Below are positions 53,370-64,000 of a stretch of DNA of 64,000 nucleotides, piece after piece; the first letter of the stretch is position 1, and every line of letters begins with the position of its first letter. Both the position numbers and the translations under genes were made by a program. This DNA comes from the human T2T-CHM13v2.0 reference genome, Homo sapiens. The stretch is taken from NCBI RefSeq assembly GCF_009914755.1, contig NC_060928.1; one strand, given 5' to 3'. Under the pieces are notes generated by a model. The model did no database searches, was not told the DNA's origin, and was given only the letters and a program-made list of their open reading frames with translations.

Positions 53370-53640
53370 TTGTTCAGAATAGGCAAATACATAGAAACCA
53401 ACTATACAAGTGATTACTTGGGGCTGGGAAGTGGAGGGATAGAATGGTGAGAGTGACTGGGAGAAAATGAGAAATAACTAGTAATGATTATGAAGTGTCT
53501 TTATTGGATGACAAAAATGTTCTAAAGTTGATTGTGGTGATGGTTGCACAGCTCTGTGAATGTACTACAAGACACTGCATTGCAATTTTAAATGGGTAAA
53601 TTGTATAATATATGAACTATGTCTCAATAAAGCTGAAAAA
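53370..53640 (+). mobile_element. L1MB/L1MC-type 3' end
   Basis: gatgacaaaaatgttctaaagttgattgtggtgatggttgcaca...tatgtctcaataaagctg. Confidence 0.75.
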
Positions 53641-53773
53641 ATTTATATGGTTTTGGGAAAATATTTATAGTAATAAAAAATGGTGAAAAACAGCAACAAA
53701 AATTATATTAATTCTCCACTGGGTCCTTGGTTTGTTGGTCAACTCTGTTGTAATTTTTTCTGACTTTCCATGG

Positions 53774-56007
53774 TATATTAGACCATTTTCACACTGCTAA
53801 TAAAGACATACTCGAGACTGGGCAATTTACAAAGAAAGAGGTTTATTGGACTTACAGTTCCATCTGGCCGGGAGGCCCACAATCATGGCAGGTGAAAGTC
53901 ATGTCTCACATGGTGGCAGAAAACAGAAAACTTTCGCAGGGAAACTCCTCTTCTGAAACCATCACATCTCATAAGTCTCATCAGTCTTATTCACTATCAT
54001 GAGAACAGCATGGGAAAGACTTGCCCCCATGATTCAATTACCTCCCACTGGGTCTCTCCCACAACACATGGGAATTCAAGATGAGATTTTGGTGGAGACA
54101 CATCCAAACTGTATCATTCTGCCCCTGGCCTCTCCCAAATCTCATGTACTCACATTTTAAAACCAATTATGCCTTCCCAACAGTCCCCCAAATTCTTAAC
54201 TCATTTGAGCATTAACTCAAAAGTCTACAGTCCCAAAGCCTCATCCAAGACAAGGCAAGTCTCTTCTACCTATAAGCCAGTAAAATAAAAAACAGGTTAG
54301 TTACTTCCTAGATACAATAGTGGTACAGGCATTGGATAAATAGAGCTGTTCCAAATGGGAGAAATTGGTCAAAACAAAGGGGCTATAGGCTTCATGCAAT
54401 TCCACAATCCAGCAGGGCAGTCAAATCTTAAAGCTCCAAAATGATCCCCTTTGACTCCATGTCTCACATCCAGGTCATGCTGATGCCAGAGGTAGGTTCC
54501 CATGGTCTTGGACAGCTCCACCTCTGTGGCTTTGCAGGGTACAGACTCCCTCCCAGCTGCTTTCATGGATTGGCTTTGAGTGTCTGTGGCTTTTCCAGGT
54601 GCATGGTGTAAGCTGTCAGCGGATGTACCATTCTGGGCTCTGGAGGACAGTGACCCTCTTCTCACAGCTCCACTAAGCAGTGCCCCAGTAGGGACTCTGT
54701 GTGGGGGCTCCAACCCCACATTTCCCTTCTGTACTGCCCTAGCAGAGGTTTTCCATGCGAGCCCTGCCTCTGCAGCAAACATCTGCCTCTACATTCAGGT
54801 GTTTCCATACATTTTCTAAAATCTAGGCAAAGGTTCCCAAACCCCAATTCTTGACTTGTGTACTGGCAGGCTCAACACCAAGTGGAAGCTTCCAAGGCTT
54901 GAGGCTTGCACCTTCTGAAGCCACAGACTGAGCTCTACGTTGATCCCTTTCAGCCACAACTGGAGTGACTGGGATGCAGGTCACCAAGTCCCTAGGCTGC
55001 ACAGAGCATGGGGACCCTGGGCCCAGCCTATGAAACCACTTTTTTGTCTTAGGCATCCACTGCTGTGAAGACCTCTGACATGCCCTGAAGATATTTTCCC
55101 CACTGTCTTAGGGATTAGCATTATTTGGCTCCTCATTACTTATACAAATTTCTGCAGCCAGCTTGAATTTCTCCTCAGAAAATGGGTTTTTCTTTTCTAC
55201 CACACAGTCAGGCTGCAAATTTTCCAAACTTTCATGCTTTGATTCCCTTATAAAACTGAATGCCTTTAACAGCACCCAAGTCACATCTTAGATGCTTTGC
55301 TGCTCAGAAATTTCTTCTGCCATATACTGTAAATCATCTCTTTCAAGTTCAAAGTTCCACAAATCTCTAGGGCAGGGGCAAAATGCTGCCAGTCTCTTTG
55401 GTAAAACGTAACAAGAGTCACCTTTGCTCCAGTTCCCAACACGTTCCTCATCTCCATCTGAGACCACCTCAGCCTGCATTTCATTGTCCATATCATTATC
55501 AGCATTTTGGGCAAAGCTACTCAACAAGTCTCTAGGAAGTTCCAAACTTACCAACATTTTTCTTTCTTCTTCAGAGACTTCCAAACTGTTCCAACCTGCC
55601 TGTTACCTAGTTCCAAAGTCACTTCCACATTTTTGAGTATCTTTTCAACAGCACCCCATTCTACAGGTACCAATTTACTGTATTAGTTCATTTTCACACT
55701 GCTGATAAAGACACACCTGAGAATGGGCAATTTACAAAAGAAAGAGTTTTATTGGACTTACAGTTCCACTCACAATCATGGCAGAAGGTGAAAGGCAAGT
55801 CTCACATGGGAGCAGACAAGAGAAGAGAATTTTTACAGGGGAACTTCTCTTTTTAAAACCATCAGATCTCGTGAGACTTATTCACTACCATGAGAACAGT
55901 ATGGGAAAGGCTTGCCCCCATGATTCAATTACCTCCCACTGGGTCCCTCCCAGAACATATGGGAATTCAAGACAAGATTTGGGTGGGGACACAGCCAAAC
56001 CATATCA
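53774..56007 (-). mobile_element. THE1B-like MaLR provirus (LTRs about 53774-54116 and 55679-56007)
   Basis: Paired LTRs, THE1-int ORF remnant (55288-55584), perfect TSD catgg at 53769-53773 and 56008-56012. Confidence 0.93.
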
Positions 56008-59000
56008 CATGGCATCTCTCTATTGTTGCACTGTCTCCCTTTCCCCATTTTTCTGCCTGATTTTTATGACTGGAAATCTTGTTCCAGCATTTGACTTCCT
56101 ACTACCATGTTTTTGTTTCTCTGTATTGATCCACATGTACTCACTGGCTTTCTGTGTGTTGTAAATTTAAGACTTGTTTAAATTATGAGGGAGAGAGTGA
56201 GCTTGATAGGGTGGGGAAGCAAGACTACCTGGGGATTTCTTCCTTCCCCTTGGAGTCATTTAAACCACATTCCAACAATCATTTGTCTGGTTTCTTTGAT
56301 CCTTCTGTTAGTTCTAATGAATGCATTTATTTTGCAATACCAAGGATTAGCAATCATTCTGCAAAGGACTCGAGGTAACATTTGAATTACATTTGGTCTA
56401 AATATATAAATTTATCTTCATTCTCTTTCTCTCCCCAGTTGTGTTTACTTTTACTATTTACTCTTTCTATAATGTCATGTTTTTGAGGCAAGGGATTTTC
56501 AGGCTCATTGAAATTTGATTTGGCATTTTTCTGCCTTGATGAGGACCATTTGCTTCTGGAAATGGGACTCTGTGCTTTCATTTCACTTCCAATGCCTAGT
56601 CTCATTTTTCTCTTCTTTCTTTTCTCCTCAGGCCTCAGATTGGCAGCATAATGGACTGTGTAATGTTCTTTTTTATGTTTTAAGTGTCCAAAGGCAACTA
56701 GTAGCCAATCATTCAAATTAACTAATACCCTGTGAAGGCAGGAAACTTCAAGGTCCAAATTTTCACTCTGAATTTCACATTACACAACTTTGAATGAAGC
56801 ATTAGTTGCCAGTTGGGAAATAAAATCTATGTTTATGGACATTGGTTATAATTAACCGGTATTTAATTGAATACAATATTAAAGTTTGGGTGATGGGGAA
56901 AAAGAACAATGCATGAATTTATTTTGCATTGTATTATATTTATGTATCTCTTTGCCTTATTTGTCTGTGAGCTTTCTAATATGCTCAAAGCCTTCCACAG
57001 TGTGTGGCAAATAGTAAGTACTAAATAAATATTTTTTGAATGAAAATGAACAGGCAAACTATAGGAACTTCAGGCAAAGAGGCTTTCAGTGAACTTGTGG
57101 GTAGTAACTATTGCCTTCTTTTGCTAGTTTTTTGAAAAGCCACTTTAAAGGAAGTGCTGTGCCTGGCTTTTTCTAGTTCTGATGTTGAGTTATATATAAA
57201 TTCTTATTTTTTTTTCCTCCAATGATGGAATTTTTTCCCTTGCCTTTGTTTTAATGTAATACCCCATGAAGTTTTAGCAATTCCAGAAATAGAAGGTTGT
57301 TCAATTCCAGTAACAATATGCATCTGCTTGGCCATACAATTTACAGGTCTTTACTTTGCTGCAGTAATTTAGGTGAATAGTCTGAAAACTGATGAAAAGT
57401 GATTCATATGAGGCCTTTTCTATGGAATTTGTTTACTATATCTGCCAGAGGAAAACATTTCCATTTTAAGCAAGCTTCAATTACTCAATGTACGCTGTAG
57501 TCTAAATGGCAAATACAAACAAAAAATCGTACTTCCTCTTGTTTCTATATTTTTTAGAATGATTTTCATATCTTAACACATAGGTATCTACTGCCAATGT
57601 AAATCATTCATTCATTTGTTTATCTCTTCATTCAGGACTGGGAATATAAGAGATGAATATGACAGAGTCCCTTGCTCTTGAAATGTTTCATAATTAGTTA
57701 TTGTATTTCAAAGTTAATTTAATTGTTAACCATTTTGTTTTATAAAAGGAGTCTTTTACTGTGGAATTAAAGGACTCAAGCCCACTGGTTTGCCACTGGG
57801 CAAATAACACTAACTATATATGTAGGATTATTGATTTGGGTAAATCCAGACTGGAATTATTCCAGTGAGGTACACATTTGAATTCCATTACAAAGCAGAA
57901 GGAACCTACAATTTATTTGACTTTTAGTTTCATCAGACAGGACATCCAGATTGTCTGTTCCACTGACAACGACTAAAAAACTGGATTAAATAATGTAAAG
58001 TAATCTTTTCAAGTACATCAACCAGCTGGCTAGCTGGTTAGGAGTGCAGAGAAGTAAGCATTGAAGCTGCATGAACTTAAAATTTTGTTTTACTTTTCCT
58101 GAAGGGCTCAACCTTTGCTTAAAGCGAGAATCAAGTACAATGTATAAGAAGTTTCTATTTGCAAAACCCCTACACAGGAGAAATCAAAGCCAAATGCTGA
58201 TATATATATAGCCACAATAGTTTTGAGCAGTTGATACTGTTAACACTTAGGGCAACCCACCAGCCAAAGCTAACAAATGCTTGGGAATATTAGCAACCCC
58301 AATAAGCCAAAGTAAAAACTCATTCCTGAATGCACACAGGAAATCAACTGGCTATAATTTATGGACTCATCCTGCCTAATCTAGGACAGAACTTCACCCA
58401 CAATTGGCATAAGTACAATCGACCTTCTAGAGTATAAAAACTTCAGACTTTCATCTTTTATGGAGCCATTCACTGAAGCTTTTCTCTTGTCATTGTCTCC
58501 TTGTCTGGTATAATAAACTCAGAACTTATTTTGTGGGTAACTGTGTTGGTCTTTTTCTTTCCTTTATCACAGAGACCTCATACATAAAGCCAGGATATTG
58601 AAAAGCAGCCCATAAGTGCAAAGATGAAGTAGAAATAAATTTGCATGTTCAACCCCCTTCAAGTTAAGTTGGGAAAGACTAGCATGTCTCAAACATGGGT
58701 GCAGGATGGAAGTAAAACAATATTCCCTGAGATTTTGTAAACACCCATTGGCTTTTCCGTGGATTTGCAATCCAAATTCATACTATCTGCGTAGTACAAA
58801 ATCTTCAAGATATATAATAAAACTGTCCTAGGTTGCCATGGCTCTAGGTACATAGGAGAAGAAAACACAAATCCTCTCTAAAGTACTGGCCTTAAAAAAA
58901 TCCTATAGATAAAGAAATTATCTATAGTACTGGCTGCAAAAAAATTCCTATAGATAAAATTACAAGAAGCATGAGCCCATGTCATCCTCTTAAAGAAATA

Positions 59001-59170
59001 AAAGAAAACAAAACACAGAATTCCCCAAAAAATATGGCAACATTAGTGAGATCCAGGAAAAACATTAGGTAGCAAAACAGATTCACAAAAAACCTTCAAA
59101 AAGTATACTTAAACCTAGAATAAAAGTATGATTAATATATTCAGAGAAATGAAAGAGAGGATTGAAAACA

Positions 59171-59609
59171 TAGTTGACCCTTGAACAATGTGGGAGTTTG
59201 GAGTACCAACTCTCACGCAGCCAAAAATCTGCATATAACTTTTGACTCCCCAATACGTAGCTGCTAATAGCCTCCTGTTGACTGGAAGTCTTACCAATAA
59301 CATGAACAGTTGGTTAAAACATATTTTGTAGGTTGTATGTATTATATACTGTATTCTTACAGTAAAGTATGCTAGAGAAAGGGAAACGTTATTAAGAAAA
59401 CCATAAAGAAGAGAAAATATATTTACTATTCATTAAGTGGAAGTGAATCATCATAAAGGTCTTCATCCCCATCTTCATGTTGAGAAGGCTGAAAAGGAGG
59501 AGCAAGATGAGGGGTTCGTCTTGCTGTCTCAGGGGTGGCAGAGACAGAAGAAAATCTGTGTATAAGTAGACCCATGTAGTTCAAATCTGTATTGTTCAAG
59601 GGTCCACTA
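59171..59609. mobile_element. Tigger2a/MER28-like non-autonomous DNA transposon, inserted in an old L1 ORF1 remnant
   Basis: Terminal inverted repeats tagttgacccttgaacaa / ttgttcaagggtccacta followed by TA; about 440 bp. Confidence 0.85.
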
Positions 59610-60689
59610 TATGAACAAGGAGCAAGAGATGACCCAAATGACAAGCGAATGTGACAAAGAAACAATTAGAAATTCTAGAAAGAACAACAATATAATCAAA
59701 ACGAAGAACTCAATGGATAAACTTAACAGCAAATTAGACCCAGCAAATAAACTATTCAGAGAACAGTAGAAGGGAAAAGGTAGACTGAAAATAAGAAACA
59801 GAAATTAAAAGACATAGCAGAGAGAGAAGATCTAACTTTATGTGGCCTCAGGGATTGGTCCATATCTTTCGCAGTCCTTGTCTCTTACTGGACATGATTC
59901 ACTCAGGCTTTCTTCTTACTAGTTGCTCTCTGGATGCAATTGGCCAGTTTAGGTTCTCACACTTCCCTAACATGCCGAGGGCTACAATATCTCTCCACTG
60001 GCCAAAAAAACCTTTGGTTTTTTCCCACATATCAATCTCATAAATATTTTTATTTATCTCCCACTTCCACTCATGTGAGCAAAAATCAGGGAGTCAGGCA
60101 AATAAATTTTCATTTGCTCTGTTAATTGGAACAACTATTGACTAAATCTACCCATTAAGTGAGTGAATGCTGATTATGTTTATCTAGAACAGCAAGCAAG
60201 GACATCCTAAATTAAATGCTCATTCACAGCATCCTGCTCTCCCAGTTTCGTTTCTACCCCAACCTTTGTTAATATAGGGGCTGTGCTGCTATCAGGATCC
60301 ACAGAATCCTTCGAGATTAGATAGCCCTCACAATGCAGAAATGCATTCATTTCTTTTATTTTTAAAAGGGCTTCTCTGTTAACAAATATAATGCATATTC
60401 ACTGTGGAAAACTAAGAAAATACTAATATGCACCAAGGAGGCAATAAAAATGAATGGTAGTCCTGCCTCCCAGACATAACAATTACTACTATTTTGTTGT
60501 ATATTTTTCAAATTTTTCTCTAAGCATACAGGTGCATGTAATATACTCCTTTTTTTTTTTTAACAAAGATGTCATATCTTTCAGTAACTTGTTTTTTCCA
60601 TTGTATATCTTATGGTTATCTTTTATATCAACTGTCTACTATAAATCATTTTTAATAGCTGCATTCTATTTCATCCACTGTTCCATACA

Positions 60690-61040
60690 TGCCAATGGCC
60701 CTTTTCTGCAAGAACCTGCTACTTCCTGCTTTCTCTGTTGGCAAGTGTGTGCTTAGCCCTTCAGGACAGGCAGGAAAAGTAAACCCTTGGGAACAAATTT
60801 CAATGAACGACCAAATAGGATTTGACAGATAAGTACTCCAGCTTCCCTGCCCCTCTGGTGCAACAACCCTGAGGTAGGTTCTAAACATTTTCTCAGAGGT
60901 CTCCCACAGCAATAACCTGCTCATGAATGCTTCTTGTATTGGCTTCTACCTTTCTTGATCTCACCTCCTAATGGTTCATGGGATCACCCTCATATAAACT
61001 ACTTTCTCCAGGTGTGCCTCTAGGGAAATCCAAACTAAGA
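60690..61040 (+). mobile_element. LTR16-like ERVL LTR
   Basis: gggatcaccctcatataaactactt...gtgtgcctctagggaaatccaaactaaga end motif. Confidence 0.55.
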
Positions 61041-61094
61041 TGGTATTTAAGTAGGCCCTTGCAATTATAGCTTATTTTCCTTAACATTCATATA

Positions 61095-61392
<298 letters not shown>

Positions 61393-61579
61393 ATAACATC
61401 CATATTTTTTATTTGATTGCTCTGACATCTAGGCAGCCCTATCAATTTTCATTTGGGTGTCACTAGAGTAGTTCTAAAGTCACTGTACAAAGTAAAACTC
61501 CACATGATCAAAATTATCCTTAAGAATTACTTCAGGATTTCAGTTCTATGTTTTTCAGCTTAAGAAAAATCCTCTTGAA

Positions 61580-64000
61580 GAGCTGGCAAGATGGTGGAAT
61601 AGGAATAGCTCTGGTCTGTAGCTCCCAGCAAGACCAGTGCGGAAGGTGGGTGAGTTCTGCATTCCCAACTGAGGTACCCAGTTAATCTCACTGGGACTTG
61701 TTAGACAGTGGGTGCAGCCCATGTTGGGCAAGCAGAAGCAGGGTAGGGCATTGTCTCACCTGGGAAGTGCAAGGGGCCAGGGAACTCCTTCCCCTAGCCA
61801 AGTGAAGCTGTGAGGGACTGTGCCATGAGGGATTGTGCTATCCGGCCCAGGTACTATGCTTTTCCCATGGTTTTTGCAACCCACAGACTGGGAGATCCCC
61901 TTGGGTGCCTTGCCACCAGGGCCCTGAGTTTCACGCACAAAACTGGGCAGCTGTTTGGGCAGACACTGAGCTAGCTGCAAGAGTTTTGTTTTGTTTTTGG
62001 TGCCTCAGTGGCACCTGGAACCCCAGTGAGACAGCATCATTCACTCCCCTGGTAAGGGGGCTGAAGCGAGGGAGCCAAGTGGTCTTGCTCAGCGGGTCCC
62101 ACTACCATGGAGCCCGGCAAGCTAAGAACAACTGGTTTGAAATTCTGGCTGCCAGCACAGCAGTTTGAAGTCGACCTGGGAAGCTTGAGCTTGGTGGGGG
62201 GAGGGGCACCCACCATTACTGAGGCTTGAGTAGGCAGTTTTCCCCTCACAGTGTTAATTCTGACTGTGCAGATCTCACCACAGTGCAGCAAGGCACCTGG
62301 GGCCGAACTGCCTCTCTAGATTCCTCCTCTCTGGGCAGGGCATCTCTGGAAGAAAGGCAGTAGCCCTAGCCAGGGGCTTATAGATAAAACTCCCACCTCC
62401 CTGGGACAGAACATCTGGGGGAAGGGGTGGCTGTGGGAGCAGCTTCAGCAGACTTAAACATTCCTGCCTACTATGGATCTCCTGCACAGGGCTTGAGCTC
62501 TGCTAAGGGACAGACTGCCTCCTCAAGTGGGTCCCTGATCCCCATGCCTCCTGATTAGGAGACACCTCCCTGCAGGGGTCGACAGACACCTCATATAGGA
62601 GAGTTCCAACTGGCATTAGGCGGGTGCCCCTCTGGGACGAAGCTTCCAGAGGAAGAAACAGGCAGCAATCTTTGCTGTTCTGCAGCCTCCACTGGTGATA
62701 TCTAGGCAAACAGGGTCTGGAGTGGACCTCCAGCAAACTCCAGCAGACCTGCAGAAGAGAGGCCTGTTAGATGTAAAACTAACAAAAAGAAAGCAATAAC
62801 ATCAACATCAACAAAAAGGACTCCCACAGAAAAACCCCATCCAAAGGTCATCAGCATCAAAGATCAAGGGTAGATAAATCTATGAAGATGAGGAAAAACC
62901 AATGCAAAAATGCTGAAAATTCCAAAAGCCAGAATACCTCTTCTCCTCCATATGATTGGAACTCCTCTCCAGCAAGGGCACAAAACTGGACAGAGAATGA
63001 GTTTGACAAATTGACAGAAGTAGGCTTCAGAAGGTGGGTAATAACAAACTCCTCTGAGCTAAAGGAGCATGTTCTAACCCAATGCAAGGAAGCTAAGAAC
63101 CTTGATAAAAGGTTACAGGAATTGCTAACTAGAATAACCAGTTTAGAGAAAAACGTAATGACCTGATGGAGCTGAAAAACACAGCATGAGAACTTCGTGA
63201 AGCATACACAACTATCAATAGCCAAACCAACAAACAGAAGAAAGGATATCAGAGATTGAAGATCGACTTAATGAAATAAGGCATGAAGACAAGAGTAGAA
63301 AAAAAAAAAATGAAAAGGGATGAACAAAGCCTCCAAGAGATATGAGACTATGTAAATAGACCAAACCTACCTTTGATTGGTGTACGTGAAAGTGACAGGA
63401 AGAATGGAACCAAGTTGGAAAACACACTTCAGGATGTCATCCAGGAGAACTTTCCCAACGCAGCAAGACAGGCCAACATTCAAATTCAAGAAATACAGAG
63501 AACACCACTAAGATACTCCTTGAGAAGAGCAACCCCAAGACAAATAATCTTCAGATTCTCCAAGGTTGAAATGAAGGACAAAATGTTAAGGGCAGACAGA
63601 GAGAAAGGTCAGGTTACCTCCAAAGGGAACCCATCAGACTCACAGCAGATTTCTCAGCAGAAACCCCACAAGCTAGAAGAGAGTGGGGGCCAATTTGCAA
63701 CATTCGTAAAGAAAAGAATTTTCAACACAGAATTTCATATCCAGCCAAACTAAGCTTCATAAAGTGAAGGAGAAATAAAATCCTTTACAGATAAGCAAAT
63801 GCTGAGATATTGTGTTACCACCAGGCCTGCCTTACAAGAGCTCCTGAAAGAACCACTAAATATGGAAAGGAAAAACTGGTACCAGCCACTGCAAAAACAT
63901 ACCAAAATATGAAGACCAACAACACTGTGAAGAAACTGCATCAACTAATGTACAAAATAACCAGCTAGCATTATGATGACAGAATCAAATTCATACATAA
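61580..64000 (+). mobile_element. Primate L1PA (about L1PA7-8 age) 5'UTR, ORF1 and ORF2 start; continues past the window edge
   Basis: 5'UTR gcaagatggtggaataggaatagctctggtctgtagctccc; ORF1 MRKNQCKNAENSKSQN... from 62888; ORF2 start atgacagaatcaaattca at 63976. Confidence 0.93.
62888..63912 (+). pseudogene. Disrupted L1 ORF1p
   Basis: ORF1 split across frames (62882-63166 and 63373-63753: ENFPNAARQANIQIQEIQRTP) by stops and frameshifts. Confidence 0.9.

Noticed and set aside
61580-64000. Possibly active full-length L1
   Set aside because: ORF1 has stops and frameshifts and the 5'UTR is CpG-depleted, indicating an old inactive subfamily.

Overview
This window is repeat-dense primate (probably human or ape) non-coding DNA. 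I find no intact cellular protein-coding gene, and the ORFs I could identify are transposon remnants. It contains a near full-length old L1 (L1MB-like, about 2655-13163) with several nested insertions, three THE1 and one MSTB MaLR proviruses, solo LTRs (MER11, MER4A, MLT2, LTR18-like, MER61/LTR20-like), Alus, MIR/L2 relics, a Tigger2a element and the 5' end of an L1PA at the right edge. The most notable element is a 4.1-kb defective betaretroviral provirus (LTR22/HERVK22, HML-5-like; 5819-9961, minus strand, 6-bp target-site duplication, TSD). Most of its gag CA/NC and pro is replaced by about 430 bp of non-viral sequence that is GC-rich then AT-rich and looks like a captured spliced cellular 5'UTR. 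From memory it resembles NCK2; this needs BLAST confirmation. The captured segment and adjacent viral DNA show a localized APOBEC3-type G-to-A hypermutation pattern. Repeat subfamily names are from recall of consensus sequences, not from a RepeatMasker run, and boundaries of old elements are approximate.
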